DNA from: a bacterium
Lineage (GTDB): Bacteria > Zhuqueibacterota > Zhuqueibacteria > Oceanimicrobiales > Oceanimicrobiaceae
Assembly: GCA_037446635.1 (NCBI GenBank)
Contig: JBBIIG010000049.1
Span: forward strand, 1-30,614
Direction of reading: 5' to 3'
Length of the DNA: 30,614 nucleotides
A model generated the notes under the pieces. It saw only the letters and a list, made by a program, of their open reading frames with translations, made no database searches and was not told where the DNA came from. Shown here piece after piece: positions 1 to 9,118 of the stretch. The first letter of the stretch is position 1. Every line of letters starts with the position of its first letter. A program made the position numbers and the translations under genes.

Positions 1-684
1 GGCATCGCCTACAAATTCGGCATGATTTTGAACATGGTTTTGGTGACGCCGTTCATTCAGGCGTGGCAGCCGATTCTCTTCCGTCTGGAAAATCATCCCG
101 AGCAAAAACTGACTTACCAGCGCACGGCGCTGCACTTCATGCAAATCGCTGCGTGGGCGTGGCTGGGGCTGTCGGTCCTCGCAAAATATTTTGTTTTTTG
201 GACGACGACGGAAGCGTACTACGCCGGCATCTCCGTCATCCCGTGGATTGCCTTTTCGTACCTGTTGTACGGCTTGCAAAATATTTTCAACGCCGGCGCG
301 CTCATTCACAACGAAACCATCAAAATGATGATCTGCGGCGCGGTCACCGCGGCGGTGAACATCGGCCTCAATTTCGTGATGATCCCCAAGTGGGGGATGC
401 TGGGCGCCGCGGCCGTCACGGTGTTTTCGTATTTGCTTTTGATGCTGCTGATTTTGCAGCTTTCGCAGAGCCGGCTGGCGGTGAATTGGCGGTGGGAAAA
501 AATGCTCGCAATTTTAACGCTCAGCGTGACTTGCTATTTCGTGAGTTTGATTGATTTGGGCGGTCCGCTTAATTTTTTGAAAGACATTTTGTCCGTCGTC
601 CTTTTTCCGGTTCTCTTAATCACGCTAAAGCTTTTCTCTTTGAACGAAGCCCGGCGGTTCGTTTTGAAGTTTAGACGAATGTGA
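1..684 (+). CDS. Oligosaccharide flippase (Wzx/MATE-like), 5' partial
   Basis: Frame is open from base 1 (GIAYKFGMIL...). Multiple TM segments and the polysaccharide-flippase C-terminal motif 'NIGLNFVMIPKWGMLGAAAVT'. Confidence 0.85.
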   Translation, partial: GIAYKFGMILNMVLVTPFIQAWQPILFRLENHPEQKLTYQRTALHFMQIAAWAWLGLSVLAKYFVFWTTTEAYYAGISVIPWIAFSYLLYGLQNIFNAGALIHNETIKMMICGAVTAAVNIGLNFVMIPKWGMLGAAAVTVFSYLLLMLLILQLSQSRLAVNWRWEKMLAILTLSVTCYFVSLIDLGGPLNFLKDILSVVLFPVLLITLKLFSLNEARRFVLKFRRM

Positions 685-721
685 TTAATTGACTTTCAAC
701 GAGTTATTCTTTATTATAACT

Positions 722-796
722 GATCCAACACGGTTTGTAACCGTGTTTTAAGATTTAAAAAAGTAAGGAAGACACAGTTGCAAACTGTGTCGGATC
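722..796. repeat. REP-like doublet of inverted palindromes
   Basis: GATCCAACACGGTTTGTAACCGTGTT (722-747) and GACACAGTTGCAAACTGTGTCGGATC (771-796). Each is a hairpin and the two are imperfect inverted copies of each other. Confidence 0.65.
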
Positions 797-804
797 GATG
801 CCTT

Positions 805-847
805 GTAGGGGCGTATTGCCATACGCCCCTACCAGATACGCCCCTAC
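805..847. repeat. GTAG-type REP palindrome plus duplicated half
   Basis: GTAGGGGCGTAT-TGCC-ATACGCCCCTAC (805-832), followed by a second ATACGCCCCTAC arm. Confidence 0.75.
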
Positions 848-864
848 GAAAAGGGATGAGACGA

Positions 865-3414
865 ATGGCCAAAAAGAAAACAACCCAACCCGCGAAGCAG
901 CCCAGTCCAATCGCCGCGTTTTTAAAACGGCGTCCCAATTTTGCGCCGCTGCTGATTTTGTTTTTGCTGCTGGTGATTTTTTACAACGAGGTGATCTTCG
1001 GCGGCAAAACCTTCATCACGCCGGACACGCTCACTTCCAGCAGCGTGCAGCCATTTGTCCGCGACGCCCTCGACCGCGGCATCTACCCGCAGTGGAATCC
1101 TTACATTTTCAGCGGCATGCCCTCCTTCGCCAGCTTGCAAAGCGCGCCCTACATCGATTTGCTGGGCAACGTCATTCAGGGCGTTTTGTGGCTGTGGGAT
1201 TTGCTCTTCCCTCTGCCCGACTTTTTGCGGCTGCTCATCAACTACTTCCTGTTCGGCTTTTTTATGTACCTGCTGATTTTCAAAAAAACCGCCAGCCGCC
1301 CGATTGCGCTGTTCGCCGCGCTGGCGCTGGTATTTCAGCCGCAGGTGGTGGCGTTTGCGGCGTTCGGCCACAACACCAAGCTGACCACCATCGCGCTGCT
1401 GCCCGCCATTTTTTTTCTGTTGGATGAACTTTTGCAAAAACGGCAGTTGCACCACTTCGCGCTGCTGGCGCTCGCGGTCGGCCTGCAACTGCTGCGCGCC
1501 CACACCCAAATGGCCTACTACACGTTTATGATGATCGGCCTTTACTTCCTCTTCTATCTGGTGGAGACGATTCGCAAAAAAGAGGGGGCGGCCAACGTCG
1601 GCAAATCGCTGGCGCTGGGCGTGGCGGCGCTCGCCGTGGGCGCGGCGATGTCCGCGTGGCTCTATTTGCCGGTGCAGGAATATTCCCACTACTCGATCCG
1701 CGGCGGCGGTACCGGCCTCGATTACGGCTACGCCACCAACTGGTCGTTCTCGCCGCTGGAAGTAATCACCTTTTTCGTGCCGTCGTTTGTGGGATTCGGC
1801 GGCGAAACCTACTGGGGCACGATGCCGTTCACCGATTTCCCGTTTTATATGGGCATCGTTACTTTGCTGCTGGCGGGATTGGCGCTGGTCATCAAACGCG
1901 ACCGCTACGTGATTTTTTTCTCCATTCTGGCCGGGCTGTCGCTGCTGGTTTCCTTCGGCAAAAATTTTCCGCTTTTGTATGATCCGCTTTTCAAGCTGCT
2001 GCCCTTCTTCAACAAGTTCCGCGTGCCCTCGATGATTTTAATTTTGACGGCTTTTTCGGCGGTTTCGTTAGCGGCATTGGGACTGCACGCGCTTATCCAT
2101 TCCAGAGATCAACATTCGAAATTCGATATTCGATATTCGATGTTTATTCGCCGCTACGTTTATATTTTTATCGCCGCCGCCGGTGTGATCACCCTGCTTC
2201 TTATTTTTGGAAAAAATATTTACCTCGACTGGATTGCCGGCTCGCAGAAACCGCTGTCGGCGGCGGCGCGCGAAGTGGCCCACGAAAGTGCCGCGCTGGA
2301 CGCCGTCAAAATGCTGCTGCTGCTCGGTGCTGGCGGGTTTCTCATTCTGCAATTTCTGAAAAACAAAATCAAAGCCGCGACGTTCGCCGTCGCGATGATC
2401 GCGCTGGCGGTGCTCGATCTGTGGTTGATCGATTTTAAGATCAACAATCCGCATCCCCAAAGCGATCGTTCCGCGTATTTCGCCGAAACGCCCGCCGTGG
2501 CGTTTCTGAAATCACAAGCGCAGCAGAGCGCCGAGCCCTTTCGCATTTTCCCGGCGTTCGATCTCGATCCGCAAACGCAGAGCTTGAAATCCGAAAATTG
2601 GTACCAGTACCATCTCATTCAAAGCATTCGCGGCTATCACGCCGCCAAGCTGAAAATCTATCAGGAGTTCATCGAAGAAACCGGCTTCGACGTCCGCAAC
2701 CGCTACGGGTTTCCGCCGCTGTTGGAAAAATATTTGCAGATCGAGCTGCACAGCGATCGCCCCGGCATTCGCGCTGTGCCGCCGGAACAAATACCGCCGC
2801 AGCGGCTGCAAGCCGACAACGCGGTGATGGATTTGCTCAACGTCAAGTACCTGATCTCGCATTACCCCGTGCCGGATCCGCGCTACAAAGTGGCGATGGA
2901 AGGGAGGCCGTCGGTGCTGGAAAACACCGGCGTACCGGGGCGCGCGTTTTTCGTGGACGCGGTAAAAGTTTTGGCGGGAAAAGAGGCGTTCTTTTCTTAT
3001 TTAAAAAGCGGGCAGTTCGATCCAGCCAAAGAGGCGACGCTGGAGGAGCCGCCGCCATTTGCCATCGAGCCGGCGCCGGAAAATTCGGTGAAAATTACTT
3101 CGTACGACATTCACGAAATTCACCTCCAGGCGTACGCCGCCAAACCGGCGCTGCTGGTGCTGAGCGAGATTTATTACCCCGCCGGCTGGAAGGCGTTCGT
3201 CGATGGCAAAGAGACGAAGATTTATAAAACCAATTACATTTTGCGCTCGATTTTTTTGGAGCCGGGCGATCATCAAATTAAATTTGTGTACGAGTCCAGC
3301 GCCTTCAAAATTGGGCTGGCGCTCACGTTCGGCATTTTGTTTCTTTTGGTGGGAGTTTTGATTTATAGTTGGAAAGTGAGACGGCAAACGGCAGACGGCA
3401 GATGGCAGACGTAA
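865..3414 (+). CDS. YfhO-family polytopic membrane protein (GT-C-like glycosyltransferase)
   Basis: Motifs 'PQWNPYIFSGMP', 'FNKFRVPSM', 'SIRGYHAAKL', 'LVLSEIYYPAGWKAFVDG' and many TM helices. Start placed at ATG 865, downstream of AAGGGA. Confidence 0.85.
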   Translation: MAKKKTTQPAKQPSPIAAFLKRRPNFAPLLILFLLLVIFYNEVIFGGKTFITPDTLTSSSVQPFVRDALDRGIYPQWNPYIFSGMPSFASLQSAPYIDLLGNVIQGVLWLWDLLFPLPDFLRLLINYFLFGFFMYLLIFKKTASRPIALFAALALVFQPQVVAFAAFGHNTKLTTIALLPAIFFLLDELLQKRQLHHFALLALAVGLQLLRAHTQMAYYTFMMIGLYFLFYLVETIRKKEGAANVGKSLALGVAALAVGAAMSAWLYLPVQEYSHYSIRGGGTGLDYGYATNWSFSPLEVITFFVPSFVGFGGETYWGTMPFTDFPFYMGIVTLLLAGLALVIKRDRYVIFFSILAGLSLLVSFGKNFPLLYDPLFKLLPFFNKFRVPSMILILTAFSAVSLAALGLHALIHSRDQHSKFDIRYSMFIRRYVYIFIAAAGVITLLLIFGKNIYLDWIAGSQKPLSAAAREVAHESAALDAVKMLLLLGAGGFLILQFLKNKIKAATFAVAMIALAVLDLWLIDFKINNPHPQSDRSAYFAETPAVAFLKSQAQQSAEPFRIFPAFDLDPQTQSLKSENWYQYHLIQSIRGYHAAKLKIYQEFIEETGFDVRNRYGFPPLLEKYLQIELHSDRPGIRAVPPEQIPPQRLQADNAVMDLLNVKYLISHYPVPDPRYKVAMEGRPSVLENTGVPGRAFFVDAVKVLAGKEAFFSYLKSGQFDPAKEATLEEPPPFAIEPAPENSVKITSYDIHEIHLQAYAAKPALLVLSEIYYPAGWKAFVDGKETKIYKTNYILRSIFLEPGDHQIKFVYESSAFKIGLALTFGILFLLVGVLIYSWKVRRQTADGRWQT
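2114..2141 (+). repeat. Heptamer tandem repeat (ATTCGAW)x4 inside the YfhO CDS
   Basis: attcgaa attcgat attcgat attcgat, translated in frame as part of HSKFDIRYSM. Confidence 0.8.
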
Positions 3415-3461
3415 AGCGTTAAGGACTTTTCACATTTGCCGTCTGCCCTCTGCCGTCTCAC
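3376..3461. repeat. Inverted heptamer-repeat hairpin (ACGGCAR-like x4 / TGCCGT units)
   Basis: GTGAGACGGCA(3376)...TGCCGTCTCAC(3461). It spans the YfhO stop codon and ends about 10 nt before the kinase ATG. Confidence 0.75.
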
Positions 3462-3470
3462 GTAATAAAC

Positions 3471-4664
3471 ATGAAGATCAATCTGTATCGTCTCAAAGGC
3501 AGTTTCAAAGGGCTGCTGTTTATTTTCGCGATTGCGATCATCGTGGTGTTGTTGATTCACACCCAGCGCATCGTGGGGGCGCTGCGCGCTGAGTCGCGTG
3601 AGCTCATGGAATTTTATGCCCAACTCTACGCTTCTGTCGCCACCACCGAATCCAACTCGAGTCTGAATTTCATTTTCGATGAAATTATTCTGCGCACAAA
3701 CTATCCGTTCATCCTCACCGACGCCGACGGCCACCCCAACGCCTGGAAAGGCATCGAAGTCGATCCGGACGATCGCTCGCCAGAGGCGATCAAAAAAGTC
3801 AAACGCATGATCGAGGTGATGAAAAAGGAAGCCCAGCCAATCCCTCTGAAATACGAAGAGATTGTGTTGGGCTATCTTTACTACGGCGACTCGAAACTCA
3901 TCAAGGAGCTGCAGATGCTGCCGTACATCGGCATTGCGGTGGTGGGGATGTTCATTCTTATCGGCTTTCTCGGTTTCCGCAGCATTCAGCGCAGTGAGGA
4001 ACAGTTCATTTGGGTGGGGATGTCGAAAGAGACGGCGCATCAAATCGGCACGCCGCTGTCATCGATCATGGGATGGGTGGAAATTCTGAAGACGCAGATC
4101 GAAAATAAAAATGCGTTGAAGACTGTAAAGGAAATGGAACGCGATGTTGAGCGCTTGAACAAAGTGACGGCGCGTTTTTCCCAAATCGGCTCGCGCGCGG
4201 ATTTGAAAGAAGTGAACATCCCCGCGGTCATTTCCGAGGTGGTAAAATATTTTCAGCGCCGGCTGCCGCAGTGGGGCAAGAAAGTCCGCATCGTGGAAAA
4301 TTATGCGCTGCAAACCAAAGCGCCGCTCAACCGCGATTTGTTCGAGTGGGTGATCGAAAATCTCATTAAAAATTCGCTGGATGCCATCGAGAAAGATTCG
4401 GGACAAATCAGCATTGAGCTGGGGAAACTCGAAAACGGCCGCCATGAAATTTACATCGACATTTCGGACGATGGCCGCGGCATCGAGGCCTCAAAAAAGA
4501 AAGATATTTTCAAGCCCGGCTTCAGCACCAAAAAACGCGGCTGGGGCCTCGGACTGAGTTTGGCCAAACGCATCGTCGAAGATTACCACGGCGGCAAATT
4601 ATTTGTGAAGGAAACGAAATTGGGGCAGGGGACGACGATGCGGATCCTGCTGCGGCAGGGATGA
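3471..4664 (+). CDS. Sensor histidine kinase (2 TM, HisKA + HATPase_c)
   Basis: H-box 'KETAHQIGTPLSS', N-box 'ENLIKNSLDA', G1 'DDGRGI', F/G2 'FKPGFSTKKRGWGLGL'. Confidence 0.95.
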   Translation: MKINLYRLKGSFKGLLFIFAIAIIVVLLIHTQRIVGALRAESRELMEFYAQLYASVATTESNSSLNFIFDEIILRTNYPFILTDADGHPNAWKGIEVDPDDRSPEAIKKVKRMIEVMKKEAQPIPLKYEEIVLGYLYYGDSKLIKELQMLPYIGIAVVGMFILIGFLGFRSIQRSEEQFIWVGMSKETAHQIGTPLSSIMGWVEILKTQIENKNALKTVKEMERDVERLNKVTARFSQIGSRADLKEVNIPAVISEVVKYFQRRLPQWGKKVRIVENYALQTKAPLNRDLFEWVIENLIKNSLDAIEKDSGQISIELGKLENGRHEIYIDISDDGRGIEASKKKDIFKPGFSTKKRGWGLGLSLAKRIVEDYHGGKLFVKETKLGQGTTMRILLRQG

Positions 4665-4717
4665 TGGTTGGGCTTTCCGAAAAAGCGCTAAGTTAAAATC
4701 TGAAATTCGATAACCCC

Positions 4718-4747
4718 TCGGCCAGAGGCCGATCCGCCTTTGGCGGA
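4718..4747. repeat. Tandem short palindromes flanked by AAATCYGAA-type repeats
   Basis: TCGGCC-AGA-GGCCGA directly followed by TCCGCC-TTT-GGCGGA. Confidence 0.6.
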
Positions 4748-4787
4748 AAATCCGAAGCAAATCTGGAAAAACAAAGGTATGGCAACC

Positions 4788-5489
4788 ATGTTAAATTTTC
4801 CATTTGAACCGACCATCATCATTTTAATTTCGTCGGCCTCGCTTTTGCTCGCCACTCTTACGCTGCTGATTTTGTTAGCCAATCGTTTTCGTCGCACCGT
4901 CAAGCGGCTGCGGTCGCAACCAACGAGGTACATCGGCGTGGGCCAGCACGTCTTTCGCTTTACGTTGACGTTTTTGTGGATCGCCGTCTCGGCCGCGATT
5001 TTGTTTCTCGCCGCATTCATACAATCCTACCGCAATTTTACCAAAGAAGAGTTGGTGGCCGAAGTGCGCTGTGTGCCCTTGCAGCAGGACGGCGGCGCCG
5101 CCGCGATGCACTTCGAGCTGACGCCGGTCGTTGCCGGTAACCGTCTGCCGGCGCGAACATTTTTGCTAACCGGAGATCAGTGGGCGCTGGAGGGCGATAT
5201 TTTGAAATGGGACGATTGGCTCAATTTTGCCGGCATCCACACGATGTACAAGCTGGCGCGAGTTCGCGGTCGCTTTGTAAATTATGAGGACGAAATCAAC
5301 AACCGCCCCAGCGTTTATAGTCTGGTGGAACACGAGGACGATCCGCGCTGGCGCTGGCTTTACAAATACGGCCACCGGCTGCGCTTTGTGGACGCGGTTT
5401 ACGGCAATACCGTTTACACCTATCCCTCTGCGGAAGGCGTTTTTGAGGTTTATGTCAGCACCACCGGGTTTACGGTCAAAACTGAATGA
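4788..5489 (+). CDS. Hypothetical membrane protein (2 N-terminal TM + soluble domain)
   Basis: Long ORF with two hydrophobic segments and a 'GDQWALEGDILKW...VDAVYGNTVY' region. Start could be 4779 or 4788. Confidence 0.75.
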   Translation: MLNFPFEPTIIILISSASLLLATLTLLILLANRFRRTVKRLRSQPTRYIGVGQHVFRFTLTFLWIAVSAAILFLAAFIQSYRNFTKEELVAEVRCVPLQQDGGAAAMHFELTPVVAGNRLPARTFLLTGDQWALEGDILKWDDWLNFAGIHTMYKLARVRGRFVNYEDEINNRPSVYSLVEHEDDPRWRWLYKYGHRLRFVDAVYGNTVYTYPSAEGVFEVYVSTTGFTVKTE

Positions 5490-5496
5490 AATAATA

Positions 5497-5597
5497 CTCC
5501 TTCCCAAACTCCAGTTTGGAAATGTAAGTCGAGGCGAAGCTCTGTTTCGCAGTAAAGAGCGGCCTCCCCTTTCCTCATCGGCGAAGCAGAACTTCGC
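5497..5597. repeat. REP-like composite element (TTCCCAAAC..GTTTGG + GCGAAGCTCTGTTTCGC/GCGAAGCAGAACTTCGC)
   Basis: Hairpin at 5501-5523 plus inverted pair 5534-5550 / 5581-5597, lying between convergent genes. A partial second copy is at 13904-13955. Confidence 0.65.
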
Positions 5598-5611
5598 ATT
5601 ACAATTATGCT

Positions 5612-6499
5612 CTAATTTAACCCCAGGGCAATCTCCACCGGCATCCCGTGCTTCAAAATGCGCTCCGGATTCTCCACCTCCACTTTGACCGCGTACACCA
5701 GCGACGTCCGACTCTCCTCCGTCAAAATGTTTTTGGGAGTAAATTCGGCCCGCGGACTTATCCAACTCACTTTGCCGGCAAGCGTTTGTGCTGATCCGTC
5801 GATGCGGATTTCCGCGGGCTGGCCGATTTTGATTTTCGGCAGCAACAGTTCGGAAACATACACTTTCGTCCACATTTTTTGGAGGTCGATAATCTCCACC
5901 ACTGGCGCGCCTGTCGGCGCCATCTCGCCGGCCTCGAAATATTTCACGCTCACGGTGCCGGCGCTGGGCGCGGCAATGGTGGCATCGGCGATCTGGCGTT
6001 TTAGTAATTTCGCTTGCGCTTCCAAGCTGTTCTGTTTCGCTTCCACGATTTTGAGATTCTGCTGCGCGTTTTCCAACTGCGTCGCTGCCAGATCGTACGC
6101 GTTTTTTAAATCGTCAATAGTCTGCTGAGACGCGGAGTTCTTCTCATACAATTCTTTGAAACGATTGTACTTGGTTTCGATGTGTTTAAAATCGGCTTGC
6201 GCTTTTTCGACAAGGTTGGTGTTGATTCGGCGCTGCACCGCCACTTCCTGCAATCCGCTTTCGATTTGCTGCAGTTGATAAACTAATTTTTCCGTGTCCA
6301 CTACTGCCACGACTTGTCCCAACTGCACATCCTCACCTTCATCAACGTTTACGGCTAAAAGTAAACCACCGGTTTGCGCCGGCACTTTCACAGTCGTGCC
6401 TTCGATGATGCCGCTAGCGACAAATTGATTCTGATGCTCGTTGCCACAAGCCAACAAAAATAAAATGAAACCAGCGCACAATAAAAAATCGCGACGCAT
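5612..6499 (-). CDS. HlyD-family efflux periplasmic adaptor (YbhG-like), lipoprotein
   Basis: Lipobox 'LLAC', lipoyl/coiled-coil architecture, C-terminal 'WISPRAEFTPKNI...LVYAVKV...LKHGMP'. Confidence 0.92.
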   Translation of the reverse strand: MRRDFLLCAGFILFLLACGNEHQNQFVASGIIEGTTVKVPAQTGGLLLAVNVDEGEDVQLGQVVAVVDTEKLVYQLQQIESGLQEVAVQRRINTNLVEKAQADFKHIETKYNRFKELYEKNSASQQTIDDLKNAYDLAATQLENAQQNLKIVEAKQNSLEAQAKLLKRQIADATIAAPSAGTVSVKYFEAGEMAPTGAPVVEIIDLQKMWTKVYVSELLLPKIKIGQPAEIRIDGSAQTLAGKVSWISPRAEFTPKNILTEESRTSLVYAVKVEVENPERILKHGMPVEIALGLN

Positions 6500-6508
6500 T
6501 TTTCCTCC

Positions 6509-7843
6509 CTATTCTATGTTTTCACCGATGGCGCCAACCGCGCGTTTGAGATCCGCGAGGTGGAGGTAATAACGAATCAGCGCCTGCTGGGTTTGCAATT
6601 CGGCGCGCGTCAAATCCGCTTCCGCAACGACGAGATCGTTGGTGGATGCCACCCCGTTTTGATGTTGCACCGAAACGATACGGTAACGCTCCGCCTGCTG
6701 CGACTGCAGCTCTTCCGCCAGCCGCCACTCTTCCAAACTGAAACGCAGATTTTCAAACGCCTCTTCGACTTCAAACGAAACGGTGCGCAGCAGTTCCTGT
6801 TCTTCCAACTGCAGGCGATGATGCAGCACCTCCGCCTGTTGAACTTTGTTGCGGTCGCCGCCCCAGCGCCAGAGGTTCCACTGCAACGTCGCGCCGACGG
6901 AAAAATAATCCATCCACTGGTTGAGCACCGGATTCAATCCCGGTTTGGAGTAATGATAATTCGCCTGCCCCAAAATTGTTGGGAAGAACGTGGAACGCGC
7001 CAGTGTTTGTTGCAGCCGTGCGCTGTTCTGTGCCAGCCGCACCGTTTCCAATTCCGCGCGCTTGTTCACCGCCTCTTGCTGAAGCTGGTCCAAATTGGCG
7101 CCTTCGCCGGTGGGCTGCGGCAGCTCAGTTTCGGCAACTGGCCGCGACTGCGGCAAGTCCAGCAGCCGCGCCATCTGCAATTGCGCGAGGTTCAATTTCA
7201 ATTGGTTGTTTTCGATTTCAATTTTGAGCGCAAGCATTCCGTTATAAACTTGCAGCGTGTCGAACGCCATCGCCTGCGCGGCCTGATACAAATTCCGAAC
7301 GTTGTTGAGTTGAATTTGCAGACGCCGCAAACTGGCGTCTAAAATTTTGCGCTGCGTATATAAACTTTGAACTTGATAGAAAAGCAGATGCACACGATGA
7401 TAAACCTCGTTCGATAAGATATCGAACTTTGCGGCTTCACTGAGGCTGGTATTTTTTGCCAACTCGACTTGCGATTTCAACCGAAAGCCGGTGAAGATCG
7501 GCTGGCGAAGGCCGATCTGCATTTCATAACGATCGTGACCGCCCAACTCAACGGTCACCGCCGGCGCGCCGAATTGCTGGCTCAATCGGCTCAAATCAAT
7601 TTTGTTGGTCTCCGATGAATAGCTGGCGCTAAACGACAGCTCCAACGACGGCAAGCGATTCGCCTGCTGCACCCACTCTTCCAACCGCGCAATGCGCTGG
7701 CTTTCCGACTGCTTTCGCAAATTCAAATTATTTTGCTTCGCCAGATGCAGCGCTTCCTCGAGAGTCAAGGGCGTTTGTGCGTGCAGCGGCAAAAGAGTAA
7801 GGCAAAGAGCGGCGCACATCAAAACTTTGACTTTAATGGGCAT
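6509..7843 (-). CDS. TolC-family outer membrane efflux protein
   Basis: Signal peptide, 'LTLEEALHLAKQNN', repeated OEP halves ('LRQPIFTGF', 'LQWNLWRWG'), terminal 'LKRAVG'. Confidence 0.92.
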   Translation of the reverse strand: MPIKVKVLMCAALCLTLLPLHAQTPLTLEEALHLAKQNNLNLRKQSESQRIARLEEWVQQANRLPSLELSFSASYSSETNKIDLSRLSQQFGAPAVTVELGGHDRYEMQIGLRQPIFTGFRLKSQVELAKNTSLSEAAKFDILSNEVYHRVHLLFYQVQSLYTQRKILDASLRRLQIQLNNVRNLYQAAQAMAFDTLQVYNGMLALKIEIENNQLKLNLAQLQMARLLDLPQSRPVAETELPQPTGEGANLDQLQQEAVNKRAELETVRLAQNSARLQQTLARSTFFPTILGQANYHYSKPGLNPVLNQWMDYFSVGATLQWNLWRWGGDRNKVQQAEVLHHRLQLEEQELLRTVSFEVEEAFENLRFSLEEWRLAEELQSQQAERYRIVSVQHQNGVASTNDLVVAEADLTRAELQTQQALIRYYLHLADLKRAVGAIGENIE

Positions 7844-7871
7844 GAATAGATCTTCTCCTCAAGAAACGGAA

Positions 7872-7893
7872 TGCCTGCCTGCGCAGGCAGGCA
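7872..7893. repeat. Perfect 22-bp palindrome TGCCTGCCTGCGCAGGCAGGCA
   Basis: Read directly between tetR and tolC. Confidence 0.7.
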
Positions 7894-7917
7894 AAACTTA
7901 AGTTTTGGACTCCGGGG

Positions 7918-8532
7918 TTAGTTTGAAAAAACTTTCTTGCGTGCTTCGTCCGTCAAAATTCCTCGGAAAATAATTTGCACGACGGCGTCGAACACCTCCG
8001 ATGCTGTATGCGGCAACTGCGCAAGCGTCTCGGGATTAATGATATTTTGCACGGCATGTAAATAAACCAAGACCACCACCTGTTGATCCACATCTTTTCT
8101 GAAGACGCCCTTTCGCATCCCCTCTTTGATCAGGTTCGAAAACTTGGAGTAAATTTGCGCTCTGCGAAATTCATCTACACGCTGCCAGATTTCCGGATGA
8201 TGCTTTTTGATATCCTGCAGGAAAGATTTGTTGAAATAACGGGCGACTTTCTCACCGACATAAGCCACAATGACTTCCATCTTTTGGTGAAATTCCAGCG
8301 AACGATCACGAAGAATTTGCTCCAGCCCGCTTCGGATTTCATACAAGACACTGTCAACGACCTCCTGTAACAAATCTTTTTTCGCCGGGAAGTATTTATA
8401 GAGCGTTTTTTTGGAAACGCCTAACTCAGCGCTCAGCTCGTCGGTGGTGACTTTTGAGAAGCCGAGCCGGAAGAAGCGCTCACGCGCGGTTTCTAAAATT
8501 CGCGCCTTTGTTAAGTCAGGAGTCGCAGTCAT
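7918..8532 (-). CDS. TetR/AcrR family transcriptional regulator
   Basis: N-terminal HTH 'RILETARERFFRLGFSKVTTDELSAELGVSKKTLYKYFPAK'. Confidence 0.95.
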   Translation of the reverse strand: MTATPDLTKARILETARERFFRLGFSKVTTDELSAELGVSKKTLYKYFPAKKDLLQEVVDSVLYEIRSGLEQILRDRSLEFHQKMEVIVAYVGEKVARYFNKSFLQDIKKHHPEIWQRVDEFRRAQIYSKFSNLIKEGMRKGVFRKDVDQQVVVLVYLHAVQNIINPETLAQLPHTASEVFDAVVQIIFRGILTDEARKKVFSN

Positions 8533-8564
8533 TTGGAAACTTTTATAGTTTTTTAAGTTTCCAA
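8533..8564. promoter_or_regulatory. Putative TetR operator (10-bp inverted repeat)
   Basis: TTGGAAACTT-N12-AAGTTTCCAA abutting the tetR start codon. TetR autoregulation at such sites is typical, but binding here is inferred. Confidence 0.6.
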
Positions 8565-8667
8565 TTAAACAAGTTATTTGTCAAAGTCAAGAAATATTTT
8601 GGTGGATAGATATAAATCACCTTAACGGGGAAGAAATTCGTCCGCCTCTTTGCCAGCGCAAAGCAAC

Positions 8668-8865
8668 TTAAAGATTTCTGATTCGAATTTTGGGGGGCTT
8701 AATCACCGTGAATCTGGGGGCCAATAAATCTTTGTATTTAGTGAGCACCCGAGTTACGGACTCAACTATTTTCTCGACATCTTTGGAGGCATTAAATCCC
8801 TCGTCCCTTAGTTTTTTTACGATGCGAAAATCGAGGCATTCATCCGTTATGATTTTACGGCGCAA
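8668..8865 (-). pseudogene. DUF5615 PIN-like toxin remnant (internal deletion, no clean start)
   Basis: N-terminal 'KIITDECLDFRIVKKLRDEGF' and C-terminal 'FTVIKPPKIRIRNL' match the family ends, but the central part ('D..L..A..E.R..LT.DKDF') is missing. Only about 62 aa remain. Confidence 0.7.
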
Positions 8866-9080
8866 TCAACTCCTCTCCGGCAATCACATCTGCTGAATAA
8901 GAAACGGCAGCAAGAATATCTTCCTTCGAAAGATGGGGATAAGCCTCTAAAAGCTCTTCCGGAGGCCTGCCTTCCGAAATCTTTCTCAGAATGAGCTCCA
9001 ACCGTTATGCGCGTACCTTTGATGATGGGTTTTCCAAGCATGATATTTGGGTCAGAAACAATTCGATCCGTGTACTGCAT
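8855..9080 (-). pseudogene. DUF433 antitoxin, frameshifted
   Basis: MQYTDRIVSDPNIMLGKPIIKGTRITV, then a +1 shift near 8999 restores ELILRKISEGRPPEELLEAYPHLSKEDILAAVSYSADVIAGEELIAP*. Confidence 0.85.
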
Positions 9081-9118
9081 CGTCAATCAAAAATTTGAAT
9101 CAAAAGGGAATTTCTAAA

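Noticed and set aside
778..864. N-terminal extensions in the ORF track (also 4740, 10882, 13841, 18418, 26592)
   Set aside because: Most run through REP/heptamer repeats or hairpins. Downstream ATGs have better RBS and/or match family starts.
798..3227. Long alternate-frame and antisense ORFs (e.g. 798-1427, 922-1689, 2598-3227; likewise 6560-7342, 13005-13772, 15803-16747, 18262-19071)
   Set aside because: They overlap well-supported genes, have no recognisable motifs, and are expected shadows of GC-rich coding sequence.
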